Assembly: GCA_964016885.1 (NCBI GenBank)
Contig: OZ024753.1
Coordinates: 1,550,001 to 1,614,000, forward strand
Direction of reading: 5' to 3'
Source of the DNA: Eledone cirrhosa
Taxonomy: Eukaryota
Length of the DNA stretch: 64,000 nt
The stretch's first letter is position 1; each line of letters starts with the position of its first letter. Positions 12,835-27,890 of this stretch are shown piece after piece. A program made the position numbers and the translations under genes. The notes beneath the pieces were generated by a model. The model was not told where the DNA came from and ran no database searches. It was given only the letters and a program-made list of their open reading frames with translations.

Positions 12835-13157
12835 AAACCCAATAGAAGGGTAAAATGGTGCAAAATGCTCGGAAGTTGAGAAGTCCGAAGTTCAATTCTC
12901 CGAAACTGCTGTGTATTATATATATATATCTATCTTGCAGATATTGGAAAACAGTAAAAGTGTGCAGTCACCCACACATATGTTCAATCACATGTAGATA
13001 TGTATATGTACACATATATACACGCCCATATATATATATATGAATATAATTAACACAATTTAATGTAATAAAATAAAAGTATAACTATAAATTTACAAAA
13101 TATGAACAATGCATTAAAGTAACTCACCTGAGAGAATATAATGTCTCAAGTATGTGT

Positions 13158-13208
<51 letters not shown>

Positions 13209-13580
13209 TGTATAGTTAAGCTTCCAATTTATCGTGTTAAATAGATTTAAGTGTAAGACATTTTACATAATAGTACGTTGAAATATATAATACTTTTTGT
13301 TTGTTTTTATAAGGTTTTCTAAAAGTCCTTTTCAACATTAAGTATTTTCTTGTTATCAGAAATATCTTTTTCAGCATGAATATATATATATATATACATA
13401 CATATATAATTATGTAATATAATGCTATATCTTTGTAAACACACACACACATACATACATACATATATATAGATAGATAGATAGAAAGAGAAAAATTATA
13501 TTTGTAGAAATACATACATAGAAATATATACATATAGGTATAAATATATATATACATACATAGAAATATATACATATAGG

Positions 13581-13617
<37 letters not shown>

Positions 13618-13802
13618 AATAGAAGGGTAAAATGGTGCAAAATGCTCGGAAGTTGAGAAGTCCGAAGTTCAATTCTTCGAAACTGCTGTGTATTATATAT
13701 ATATATCTATCTTGCAGATATTGGAAAACAGTAAAAGTGTGCAGTCACCCACACATATGTTCAAGGACATGTAGATATGTATATGTACACATACATTCAC
13801 AC

Positions 13803-13862
<60 letters not shown>

Positions 13863-13968
13863 AGCTTAACTATACATCTGTGTGTGTTTACACATACTTG
13901 AGGCACTATATTCTCTCAGGTGAGTTACTTTAATGCATTGTTCATATTTTGTAAATTTACAGTTATAT
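12835..13968. repeat. Duplication with partial inversion (A-B ... A'-B' inverted)
   Basis: 12835-13040 repeated directly at 13612-13820; 13080-13228 repeated inverted at 13857-13968. Confidence 0.9.
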
Positions 13969-14430
13969 ATATATAGTTATAGTTATATATATATATATAT
14001 ACATATATATGTGTATATTATATATATAACTATAGCAGTTAGATATTTTTTTTCCTGTGAGAAACTCATTTTAAGTATTTCAAGTATTTTAATGTATAGT
14101 GTGTCAGAATCAGTGTAAATCATTCTGCAGTTATCTCAGTCAATTTAGATGATATAAAGATGTGTAGTTTAGTATTGCAGTATTATATGCCCCGCGACCA
14201 AAGCACACATTTCTTTACATAAACAAATTAAAACCTTTTAGTGGAACCATTTCACATATAATATTTGGTAAGAAAACAACAAACCATAAACAAACAAAAG
14301 AAAACAATCCACACACACGCACACGTATATATATACTCATACAAACACACACACATATATATATACTCATACAAACACACACACATATATATATACTCAT
14401 ACAAACACACACACACACACACACACATTA

Positions 14431-14470
<40 letters not shown>

Positions 14471-14501
14471 GATTTATGTAACAGCAGCATTTTTATTTTT
14501 G

Positions 14502-14541
<40 letters not shown>

Positions 14542-14545
<4 letters not shown>

Positions 14546-14727
14546 ACAGTCAGGACCCGACGACTGAGGTCCGGCCGTTTCGACAGCTAGATCCGAACAG
14601 CTGTTGAAACGGCCGGAGCTCAGCCGTCGGGGTCCTGACTGTTTTCCTATTACCCACTCTACTATCATAAGTATCGAGTACTCTGGTGCGTTATGGTCCA
14701 CCTGGTATCTTACAACACTTTTTTGTT
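14542..14727 (+). mobile_element. (TA)n-embedded fold-back cassette with 3' half of a hammerhead motif (same family as 712-904)
   Basis: Arms 14542-14588/14599-14646; GAAAC(14606)-GGC-CGGAGCTCA-GCC-GTC(14626-28); tail homologous to the reverse complement of 712-793. Confidence 0.78.
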
Positions 14728-15082
14728 ATATATATATTCATATACACGTTGCAGAACAACAAAATTCCACCTGGGATTTTATTCTGAATAGAAAATGAGC
14801 TTTCTATTTAAATCAATCTTCTAGTGAATCAATTGAATCCTGATCTGCTGAACTCTACTTTCACCATCACACCTTCATACAGAACAAATATATAAGAAGT
14901 GGTTATGAGAGAAAATTCGCATATATTCTAACTGCTCATAGAATATGAGAACAATATTTTCAATTATTTGATGAGTGGCATACCAACAGTAAATATTTCA
15001 GAAAATTGAAATCATTTAATGTAACAATTATAAAAATGAAAAAATAATGTTATCTCTGATCGAGACGAAGCGAGAGTGTATA

Positions 15083-15322
15083 CATGTAAAAATGAGAAAA
15101 CTAACCGCCAGAACAGCCGCCAATACAACTCAATGCCGTGAAAGACAGCGTTGGGTAAAAATGCCCCAGAAGACAGAGACCAGCAGACAGCGGTCAACAG
15201 AGAGACAATCCACAAGGTGGGTGAAATATAAAAAAGACCGGTCCTTTCTGTCATCTGAGGTACTTTTGCCCACCGCTATCTTTGACGGCTGTTCTTGCGG
15301 TGAATTTTCTCATTTTTATATG
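15083..15322. mobile_element. MITE with about 46-bp imperfect TIRs flanked by TA
   Basis: CATGTAAAAATGAGAAAACTAACCGCCAGAACAGCCGCCAA versus the reverse complement of 15282-15322, CATATAAAAATGAGAAAATTCACCGCAAGAACAGCCGTCAA. Confidence 0.75.
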
Positions 15323-15511
15323 TAACTAGATCACTCGTAACTCGTTGGGTCAGGTCCACTTAAAAATATTTAAAAAAAAATCATGTACGCTTAAAAATAA
15401 TTTTTAAATAATTAAAATATACACAGACATGTATATAATGTGAAATGAAACTGGAAGGCCCATATATATATACATGTGTGTGTGTATATATATATATATA
15501 TATAAATGTGC

Positions 15512-15555
<44 letters not shown>

Positions 15556-15595
15556 ATATATATATATGTAGGTGTCTGATCTATATACACACACA

Positions 15596-15665
<70 letters not shown>

Positions 15666-16089
15666 CAACACCACCACCCGCTGTCTATCTTCCATTCTCA
15701 TTCTTCTTTTCATTTTTCTATGTCTTTCTTTCAATCTACTCTCTCACAACCACTATCTCTTTCTCTCTGTCCCCCCCCTCTCTCTCTGTTTATGAAGGTA
15801 CCCAGAAAACCCATATCTCGGGAACCTGTGCTTTGATTTACGCGAAATTGTTTTATTCAATTTATATTCAAATTTCAAAGTATCTTCCCATTATGCGCCC
15901 TTTTGGCTGTATTACATTACAGACAAGCAATCACAGAATTTTAGTAATATATAGATTATATAAATATATTGATTATATAAATAGTTATCCTGTCTGATTA
16001 ATTTTTAAATATACTCCTGTGTTTTTTCACTTTAACTTTCTGCCTATATATGTTCAATATTAAAAACTTTAAAAGAATATTTCCAGTCC

Positions 16090-17300
16090 AGCCTTCTGGT
16101 GTTTTTAAATAAATATTTAACACCATTCCTACACCAACCACTGGATATCACATCTAAGATGGATGACTTGCATAATGTTGAGTGCTTTGATTAATTTGTT
16201 ACATCATGATTTACCAACAAGAACTATATTGTCGAGAACCTTAACTTATTAAGTCAGGATTTGCTAACCGGAATGACAAGTTCGACATATTGGCAAACAA
16301 CACAACATAAGAGTTGATTACAGAGAGAGAGATAAAGAGGAATAACTTATACAATGTAATATTATAGAGAGATATTAAACTAAAACAATATTTGGGCTTA
16401 GCTTTAGGAAAAAGGAAAAAAAGACTCAATTTATTGAATTATTGAAATATCTAAAAATATTTAAAAGTATTCAACAATCAGAATTTTAAATATAATTGTG
16501 TTTATTCATATGAAGGTTAATATCAAGTCCTGAGACAACTATCCATATATACAATATATATTCAAACATATCTGTTTGACCGTTAACATTCAAAACATTT
16601 AATTTAATAATATTTTAGGTTATAAAAGTTAATAAATATCTGTATTAATATTAAAGTATACTATCAAGTTTAATTTCTAAAAATAAATGTTATGAAATCA
16701 AATTTAAAGGATTTACAAACACGAGAAAGAAAACAATGTTTTTACAACCTCACGAAGGTAAACTTTACTAAATTTATTATATAATATTAAATTATTAATA
16801 TAATTTAGAAAATAATTACAGTTGTAATTTTTAAAGAATTTTAAGATTAACAATTTGAAAGCCTAAAGGATCAACAGGCCATATAATTAAACTTAAAAAG
16901 TCTGATTATTAAATTACATATGTGCGTTTATCAAAAAAATACACAGAGATTATATTGTCTGAAGAGTTAAGATGATACCTCTCAAATAGACATAACAGAA
17001 TACCATACAATAAATAAGTTACTGGAAATATTGTTAAAATTAATGTTTTCGATCAATTATTGTAATAGGATCATTTAATAGATATATACTATAAATATAG
17101 AAGTCAAAACTTCATGAGTCCTAAGGATAAGGAGTAGATACAAAATAACAAGTGAAAAAGTAAAGATAATGAATTGTTTGCGAACATAAAAGTGCTCAAT
17201 ATTAAAAAAATATATAGTTTAAAATGCTAGAGGGTTTTTAAAAAATGTATATAATAGACAAACAACACTTCTAAAGTGTCCACGAAGATGATAGAAAGAT
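16090..17300 (+). pseudogene. Possible highly decayed PLE RT/endonuclease remnant
   Basis: Faint motifs in the expected order: LNKYLTPFL..CFD*FVTS*FTN (cf. SFDVTSLFTN), KQYLGLALG (cf. Y.Q..G.AMG), IYSLKC..KMYI (cf. GIY-YIG); very degenerate. Confidence 0.3.
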
Positions 17301-17365
17301 GCTATATATATAGCAGCAATAAACGAAGCTAAATTTTAAACATTTGACTTTTTATTTAACTTTAT

Positions 17366-17404
17366 TTTATATGTGTGTGTGTGTGTGTGTATACATACAA
17401 CACT

Positions 17405-17461
<57 letters not shown>

Positions 17462-17502
17462 ATACATACAACACTTGTATATATGTATATGTATATATGT
17501 TG

Positions 17503-17534
<32 letters not shown>

Positions 17535-17575
17535 ATACATACAACACTTGTATATATGTATATGTATATATGTTC

Positions 17576-17618
<43 letters not shown>

Positions 17619-17750
17619 GTGTGTGTGTGTGTATACATACAACACTTGTATATATGTATATATATATATATATATATGTTTTTATATATATATATATATA
17701 TATACATGCATGCAACACTTGCGTATATATATATGTATGTATATATATAT
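17366..17750. repeat. Compound repeat (GT)n-ATACATACAACACTTG-(TA)n
   Basis: Four to five copies of the ATACATACAACACTTGTATA core. Confidence 0.9.
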
Positions 17751-17900
17751 ATTGTTATACTTGGGAGGGTCATATTGTTGTAATAATATTGCCAGAAATG
17801 ATAACAGAACACACTCACTGTTTGGTTGGTTTTCGCTTCTGTATCTTTTATATCTCCATGTTTATCATTGATTGACCAACGGTTAAAAATACAGATATAA
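17750..17900 (+). mobile_element. Short (TA)n-embedded dispersed repeat, copy 1
   Basis: About 105 bp closely match 36820-36920. Confidence 0.75.
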
Positions 17901-18529
17901 TTATATATATATAGTCTATCAAAATTCTTTCGTTGCACATCTGCAACATCATCAGTGGTATTATAATTACGTTACTTTCTATTGTATTGTAATGTCTACG
18001 CCATTTTAAATATATATATATACAAGTATTATATGCCGTTTCTGTTTTTTATGTGATAAATGTTGCAAATATATAAGAATTGTATTAATTTTACTGAAAC
18101 AAAACAGAAAAATCCATAATAACATGGCACCTGAAAATAATATTGCAGCTGCCATAGGAATTGAGTTGAGTGCCATGCTCGGAGACACAATGAAATAAAG
18201 ATATACAGAATATCACAACCTTTCAAAGTTACTTTTCCTTTGTGTAGTTAAAGAGACCTTAAATACTTAAGTGCATGCATACATACATACACAGATATAA
18301 TGTATAGAATACATGCATGCATACACACCTGATATAATGTATAGAAACACACATAAACACACACAGACACACAAAACTTACACATATATGTATATGTGTG
18401 TGTGTGTGTATGTATATATATATATATGTATGTATGTACAAACACACGTGTGTTTACTTCCATGCCTGTGTATGTATTTGGATGTTTGTGCACATGTGTG
18501 TATGTTGATGTGTGCGTGCGTATTCGTGT

Positions 18530-18700
18530 GTGTGTTAGCGTGTGTGTATTTTTGTGTGTGTTAGCGCGTATGTGTGTTAGCGTGTGTATGTGTTAGCGTG
18601 TGTATGTGTGTTAGCGTGTGTATGTGTGTTAGCGTGTGTATGTGTGTTAGCGTGTGTGTGTGTGTGTGTGTTAGCATGTGTGTGTGTTAGCGTGTGTGTG
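18530..18700. repeat. (GT)-rich tandem repeat TTAGCGTGTGTATGTGTG
   Basis: About eight TTAGCG-anchored units. Confidence 0.9.
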
Positions 18701-18709
18701 TATTTTAAT

Positions 18710-18930
18710 GCCGTTATTGACAGTATCAGTAGAGGGTCGGACACCATGCTTTCCAGCATAGAGTTACGTCCCTTTATGGTCTGAGTTCAAATCCCGCCGA
18801 GGTTAACTTTGCCTTTCATCCTTACGGGGGTCGATAAAATAAAGTACCAGTCACGAACTGGGGTCGATTTAATGTACTTTCCCCTATCCCAAAATTGCTG
18901 GCCTTGTGCCTGTATGAGAAACCATTATTA
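18710..18930 (+). mobile_element. Nin-domain SINE, full length (long variant)
   Basis: Matches 5744-5962. Confidence 0.92.
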
Positions 18931-19204
18931 AAACTGGAGTCCATTATACTTTTACTAAATGAAAAGCAAATAGAGAAGCTACAGAGAATGCGTTCTCCTT
19001 TCTTTTAGCAATAGGAATGGCTGAAGTGTCATTTCTGAGATATAAATGTAGTGCCTTCAGATAATTTCCAGCATAATTCAACATATATTGCTCCCGATTA
19101 CCAATTTGCTTGTATGTAGAAGTAGTTCAATCAGACTATACATACACACACATACATACATAAAAAACACACACACAAGTACATTCATACAAATATATCC
19201 ACAC

Positions 19205-19282
19205 ATGTATATATACATATATATATATGTAAAAAAAAACAAAAAACATATGTACATATATATATATATATATACATATATG

Positions 19283-19328
<46 letters not shown>

Positions 19329-19359
19329 CATACATATATGTACATACATATATATATAC

Positions 19360-19420
<61 letters not shown>

Positions 19421-19460
19421 CATATATGTACATACATATATATATATATATACATATATG

Positions 19461-19508
<48 letters not shown>

Positions 19509-20075
19509 CATATATATATATATATACACATACATATATATATATATATATATACATATATGTACATACATATATATATATATATATACATATATGTACA
19601 TACATATATACATATATGTACATACATATATATATATATACATGTGTACGCACACACATATATATACATATATATATGTACATATATATACACATGTATA
19701 CACACACACATATATACATAAATATACATATACATACGTATATATACATATATATATACATATACATATATATATATACATATATATATACATATACATA
19801 TATACATATATATATACATATACATATATACATATACATATATATATATACATATATATATATACATATATATATATACATATATATATATACATATATA
19901 TATATACATATATATATATACATATATATATATACATATATATATATACATATATATATATACATATATATATATACATATATATATATACATATATATA
20001 TACATATATATATATATATACATATATATACATATACATATATATATATACATATATATATACATATATATATAC

Positions 20076-20107
<32 letters not shown>

Positions 20108-20141
20108 ATATACATATATATATATACATATATATATATAC

Positions 20142-20172
<31 letters not shown>

Positions 20173-20216
20173 CATATATATACATATACATATATATACA
20201 TATATATACATATACA

Positions 20217-20270
<54 letters not shown>

Positions 20271-20271
20271 C

Positions 20272-20302
<31 letters not shown>

Positions 20303-20527
20303 CATACATATATATACATATATATATATACATATATGTACATATATATATATACATATATGTACATATATATATATATACATATATACATACATATATA
20401 TACATATACATATATATATACATATACATATATGTACATATATATATATATACATATATACATACATATATATACATATACATATATATATACATATACA
20501 TATATACATACATATATATACATATAC

Positions 20528-20576
<49 letters not shown>

Positions 20577-20611
20577 CATATATACATATATATATATATA
20601 CATATATGTAC

Positions 20612-20642
<31 letters not shown>

Positions 20643-20673
20643 CATATATATATATATACATATATATATATAC

Positions 20674-20720
<47 letters not shown>

Positions 20721-20775
20721 CATATATATATACATATATATATATACATATATATATATACATATATATATATAC

Positions 20776-20820
<45 letters not shown>

Positions 20821-20835
20821 CATATATATATATAC

Positions 20836-20888
<53 letters not shown>

Positions 20889-20969
20889 CATATATATATA
20901 CATATATATATATACATATATATATACATATATATATATACATATATATATATACATATATATATATAC

Positions 20970-21014
<45 letters not shown>

Positions 21015-21029
21015 CATATATATATATAC

Positions 21030-21084
<55 letters not shown>

Positions 21085-21147
21085 CATATATATATACATA
21101 TATATACATATATATATATATACATATATATATATACATATATATAC

Positions 21148-21178
<31 letters not shown>

Positions 21179-21193
21179 CATATATATATATAC

Positions 21194-21272
<79 letters not shown>

Positions 21273-21287
21273 CATATATATATATAC

Positions 21288-21324
<37 letters not shown>

Positions 21325-21335
21325 CATATATATAC

Positions 21336-21376
<41 letters not shown>

Positions 21377-23625
21377 CATATATATACATATATATATATA
21401 TACATATATGTACATATATATATATACATATATGTACATATATATATATATACATATATGTACATATATATATATACATATATGTACATATATATATATA
21501 TACATATATGTACATATATATATACATATATGTGCATATATATATATACATATATGTACATATATATATATACATATATGTACATATATATATATACATA
21601 TATGTACATATATATATATACATATATGTACATATATATATATACATATATATATATATACATATATGTACATATATATATATATACATATATGTACATA
21701 TATATATATATACATATATGTACATATATATATATACATATATATATATGTACATATATATATATACATATATGTACATATATATATATACATATATATA
21801 TATACATATATGTACATATATATATATACATATATATATATACATATATATACATATATATATATACATATATGTACATATATATATATACATATATATA
21901 TATACATATATGTACATATATATATATACATATATATATATATACATATATGTACATATATATATATACATATATATATATATACATATATGTACATATA
22001 TATATATACATATATATATATACATATATATACATATATACATACATATATATATATACATATATACATACATATATATATATACATATATACATACATA
22101 TATATATATACATATATACATACATATATATATATACATATATATATACACATATATATATACATATAAATATATACATATAAATATATACATATATATA
22201 CATATAAATATATACATATATATATACATATAAATATATACATATAAATATATACATATATATATATACATATAAATATATACATATAAATATATACATA
22301 TATATATACATATATACATATATATATGTATATATATATATAGATATATATATACATATATATATGTATATATATATACATATAAATATACATATAAATA
22401 TACATATAAATATGTATATATATATACATATAAATATACATATAAATATACATATATATATACATATATATATACATATATATATACATATATATATACA
22501 TATATATATACATATACATATATATATACATATATATACATATATATATACATATATATATACATATAAATATACATATAAATATACATATAAATATACA
22601 TATAAATATACATATAAATATACATATAAATATACATATAAATATACATATAAATATACATATAAATATACATATATATATACATATATATATACATATA
22701 TATATATACATATATATATACATATATATATATACATATAAATATATACATATAAATATATACATATATATATATACATATAAATATATACATATAAATA
22801 TATACATATATATATACATATATACATATATATATGTATATATATATATAGATATATATATACATATATATATGTATATATATATACATATAAATATACA
22901 TATAAATATACATATAAATATGTATATATATATACATATAAATATACATATAAATATACATATATATATACATATATATATACATATATATATACATATA
23001 TATATACATATATATATACATATATATATACATATATATATACATATATATATACATATATATATACATATATATATACATATAAATATACATATAAATA
23101 TACATATAAATATACATATAAATATACATATAAATATACATATAAATATACATATAAATATACATATAAATATACATATAAATATACATATATATATACA
23201 TATATATATACATATATATATATACATATATATATACATATATATATATACATATATATATACATATATATATATACATATACATATACATATACATATA
23301 TATATATACATATACATATATACATATACATATACATATATATATACATATACATATACATATATATATATACATATATATATATACATATATATATATA
23401 CATATATATATATACATATATATATATACATATACGTATATATATACATATATATATATACATATGTATATACATATATATATACATATATATATACACA
23501 CATATATATATACATATATATATACACACATATATATATACATATATATACACATATATACATATATATACATATATACATACATATTTATACATATATA
23601 TATATACATATATATACATATACAT
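19205..23625. repeat. 4.4-kb compound (TA)n/TACA microsatellite field
   Basis: Almost only TA/CA dinucleotides; sub-domains of TATGTACA and TAAATATACA. Confidence 0.98.
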
Positions 23626-23659
23626 CCTTCACTTCCATGCCAACACAGAATTCTTGCCA

Positions 23660-23855
23660 ATTTGACCTTGTACGCCATATCACCTTGTACTCTATTTCAC
23701 CTTGTACTCCATTTCACCTTGTACTCCATTTCACCTTGTACTCCATTTCACCTTGTACTCCATTTCACCTTGTACGCCATTTCACCTTGTACGCCATTTC
23801 ACCTTGTACGCCATTTCACCTTGTACGCCATTTCACCTTGTACGCCATTTCACCA
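23660..23855. repeat. 17-bp minisatellite ATTTCACCTTGTAC(T/G)CC, about 11 copies
   Basis: Head-to-tail tandem units with no spacers. Confidence 0.95.
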
Positions 23856-23991
23856 TAGACATCAGAACTAAATAACCTACAATAATTTCCCTGTACTTCC
23901 TTGCTCGCTCATACACAGGTACACACATACATGCACGGAGAAGCACACAAACAAACACACACGTACGTGCATGGACACATACTTATATATA

Positions 23992-24140
23992 GAGTTGGAG
24001 TGGCTTTTCCAGCGCGTCTCCCTTGCCGTCCTCTGGGGAAACGCCTTCTACATTCTGACCGCCGGGCCTGTGAGGGGGCCCCATCGCGTATCATTCCATA
24101 TTTAATTATGGTCGGTATGTGTATGTTTATGTTTTGGATG
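23992..24140 (+). mobile_element. CRE-clade LINE extreme 3' fragment
   Basis: ELEWLFQRVSLAVLWGNAFYIL; close match to 29979-30080. Confidence 0.8.
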
Positions 24141-25577
24141 TTGACGATTACATAGCATCACGTGAGACAGAAAGAAAAGCAAGGCTCTACAATATATATT
24201 ACATGATGTAAGTGATAGACAAGCAACCACACGTACACACATGCCCAAGAAAACACGCTAGCTTATAGATAATTAGAGCAATTTGAAAATCCTTGTATGA
24301 AATCTACGTATATACCACACATCATGTATCGAGAGTCTCCCAATGTTTTTCAAAATAATACAATAAAGACAATATCTCGACCAAATTCTAAAGAGGTTGG
24401 TCTATGACTTTTATTTTATCTTTATTGCTCGTTATTGATTGGTTCGTCAAAGTTCTTTCGTCACACATTTCGTGATCTCCTGAATGTCTAACTGTTCTCT
24501 TTTGTGCCTCCCCTTCTGTCCGATCTTAAACTTTTAGTCCATCTTGTTTTTTGTTTTGTGGTGCGTTTTTCTTGATTTATATTTGCACATGCATTTGTGC
24601 CTGCGTCTTCGCCTGGTGTGTGTGTCTTTATGTTTGTCATGTGTATGTGCGTTTTACGTGTCTGTGGGTTTGTATTTTTCGCTGTTTGTTTCTTTTTTTT
24701 TCAACTGGCTTCAGAGAAACACTGCTTAAATACATGCCTTGACTGCTTTAGTCGCTGTTCTCACGAAGCCAAATTCATTCTGAGAAAATTGTATAGACCT
24801 GACTAATTAATTTGAATTTCCAGGAATATAAATTCTTTGAATTACTAATTTGAATTTCAAGGAATTTGATTTCTTTGAATTACTAACTTAGCAGAAGTTC
24901 CATGCATTTGGGATTTTTTGATAGTTACCTCCTTTTAACCTATCTAATAGTTTTAGTTATATGTCACTGTCATGATTTATATAAATATATGTATATGTAC
25001 ACACACTAACATACACACATATATATGTATACACATACTAGCAAACATAAATATACACATACATGTTTCTATGGTTATTTGCACGTGTCGGTACATTTAT
25101 GTCATCGACTGTTTTGTTTCATTATATTTGGAAGTGCATTTGGCGTAAACGTGCTAAAAAATCATTGATTTAATATCGATTTATTCCCTGATTTCTCATA
25201 AGTGCACTCGTTGTTGTTGTTGTTGGTTTTATTATTATTATTATTATTATTGCTGCCGTTGCTGTTATTGCAGTTGTTGCTGCTGTTGTAATTGTTTTTC
25301 TTATTTCTGTTGTTGCACATATATTTATTGTTGATGTAATTGTTGCAATGCAGTTATGGTATTAGTAGCAAAAAGGGTCTCAAATTGACAAAGGCCAGGC
25401 CCTGCCAAAATACTAGCGAAAAGTATTGGCCCTCTTCCCCTCATAATTAACAAGATGAAAAAACAGGATTTGCATGAACATAATTCTTCTTTCTTCGCCA
25501 TGATGTTGGATAGGTCTAAAAATTTGGAAGTGTAACATAATGAAACCAGAAGATACATACAGAAGTAAAACCGATCA

Positions 25578-25722
25578 ATGTTAATTATGTCTAATGTTAA
25601 TTATATATACAGTTGATTATGTGTAATGTTAATTATATCTACTGTTAATTATATATACAGTTAATTATGTCTAATGTTAATTATATCTACTGTTAATTAT
25701 GTCTAATGTTAATCATATTTAA
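25578..25722. repeat. 16-17 bp minisatellite TGTTAATTATGTCTAA
   Basis: About eight to nine degenerate units. Confidence 0.85.
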
Positions 25723-25749
25723 TGACAAACCTAGCGATTCTATAACGAA

Positions 25750-27430
25750 TGCTTAACAAGATATCACCTACCAGTTGCAGACACCTATATTTCCTTTCAT
25801 ATTTGCTGAAGCAGAAAAATATTTTCCACATAAATCCATTGAGCTAAATGCAGACATGATTTGTATTGTCCTCTTTGAGCAATTCGGGTACCATTGAGCA
25901 GAGAGAAATTCATTTGAAAAACTTTGAATATTAACAGGTCGAAATAGTTTTACAAAGTAGTATCAATTTTTATATGAATAATTTCTCCTTTTAACACTTG
26001 CAGCACTTCTACGACGGTTTCCCTGGCCAATTATACTTTATATATGGAATATCAGAGGAGTTTTGCTTAAAGTTCTCACAAAAAGTTTCTTGATGCCCAA
26101 GATAGATATTCCTGGTAGTGTTTATAATTTCTGTAGCTTCTGAAAATGTTGGAAGAGTTGGAAATGATATGTAAATCCTGGCTGATATTTCGTATGCCAA
26201 TTTTGTTAAAGATTCTCATAAAATGCACTCATTTTCCATTTTGTTGAAATAGATTTGAATGTTCTCCTTAGAGAAAAAAGTTGAGAGCATTGATATTGCA
26301 CATTGCTCTCTAACGAAATACTATATTAAAGAATGTATAATGTATTCCTGGATACACTAGACATAGAAAAAGGACGACGTGACTAATCAGAGAATGTATA
26401 GTTTCACAGGTCCACTCTATCAGTGTTGATGTGGAGATAAACAAGAATAACGTCTAGAAGCCTTTTACCCATTCACAAGATATGGCACATAGTGAATGCC
26501 TAGTGTGGAGATGACGCTAATTTTCATAAGTAGCGTCTCCCGTATTACATAAATCGGAAACTAATCTAATATTGATTAGATTGGTTTAAAGAAAATTCAC
26601 AACCTTGATTATGACATGAACCACCTCCCGTTTCCTTCCATACAAGATTCCTTTGATGAATAAGGCAGTGTGCTTAGAGAAAATCGTGGTTATGCAATTG
26701 TTAAACTCTGGCGCTAAATTCCACTGTGCTTTCCTATCATGTTAGCAGCAACATCTGGACATATTGCAATAATCATGCTCAAACACAGATTGTTATTTGC
26801 AAGAAAAGTAAGCAAAATCTGAACAATTTCATTTGACGTAGCTCGTAGCGGAAAGGCTGAACAAAACAAAACGTCTTCGTGAAATTTATTTCCATGGAGA
26901 TAATGAACGTATTATATGACTTCTACATGGTTTGAAACATCAGCTTTTTCATCTCAGCGTATTGCAAACATCTTTGAGTTCTGTAATCTTCTGACATTTG
27001 ACATTTCAACTATTCTGCATTTTACTATGTCACTGGAAAGTCGTATTGATTTCAATTTTAATGAAGTATTCTCACCGAATACACAACACATTTCATATGC
27101 AGTTGACAGAATCATTGATTCATGAATTGTATGAGCATTCATAAGTTTTACAATCATTTCTGACATTATTGGACGGCTTTAAGTAAGATGGTGTTGTAAC
27201 ATAAGAAGCGAGTGTGGGCTTTTTGAGTATGAATAGACAGCCTCTTTTTCTTTTATTAAAATCCTCTAGTTTGTCTTTCAATTTTTCACGCTTGTTTCAA
27301 ACAGAGATGACACTTCAATTTTGTTGGCTCTAAATTTTCATTTGCTAACTCAACATTACTTTCTTTTGGCGCAGTAGGATTGCAACCACTTATAAAACGA
27401 TACATAATACATAATATGGGAAACATCATA
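25750..27430 (-). pseudogene. Decayed hAT (Buster/ZBED5-like) transposase
   Basis: Minus strand, in order: BED-finger remnant ELANENLEPTKLKCHL; HTIHESMIL..LKSIRLSSDIVKCRIVEMS; FAIR*DEKADVSNH (cf. FALQLDESTDV); EDVLFC; ICPDVAANMIGKHSG (cf. ICTDGA..M.GK..G); many stops. Confidence 0.8.
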
Positions 27431-27780
27431 TAGTTTAGTTCTTTCCTTCCTTTTAGTTGGGGGTGTAAGTCGTTTTATATCAGATTTTTATATATATATA
27501 TTATATTTTATAAATACGGGGAAATGGTATTGAATATTAAAATAGAGAACATTAATATATATATATAATATTACAGTGGATATGTATATATTTATTTATT
27601 CATTTGCGTTCCAGCCGAGGGGTTGAGGCCATGCTGTATATATGTATATATATATATATATAATACAAAACACAAACAAATGTTTCCCTTCTTCGGCTAC
27701 CCATTCCTTATGGCATTCAGTTTTCCGGTGGTGAGAGCAGTAAGCATCCTCCCGAATACTGGCACAGTGAAAAGTCAAAT

Positions 27781-27890
27781 GTAGAGCATCGGATGAAATA
27801 CTTTGCGGTATGGTGGACCGCTGAGTTCAAATCCAGACGAGGTCAAATCTGCTTTTCACACTTTCGAGGTTGTTGAATAAAGTACCAGTC
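27781..27890 (+). mobile_element. Diverged Nin-SINE fragment
   Basis: GAGTTCAAATCCAGACGAGGTCAA...AATAAAGTACCAG. Confidence 0.65.

Noticed and set aside
15012-15254. Minus-strand ORF resembling a signal-peptide exon with TATA box and GTTAGT donor
   Set aside because: The TATA and donor motifs are parts of the two TIRs of the MITE at 15083-15322
19078-23678. Very long ORFs of 900-1500 aa
   Set aside because: Y/I/H/T/M/C/V low-complexity translations of a microsatellite, open in many frames on both strands
23660-23855. CRISPR-like regular repeat
   Set aside because: Head-to-tail 17-mers with no unique spacers, no cas genes and a eukaryotic context
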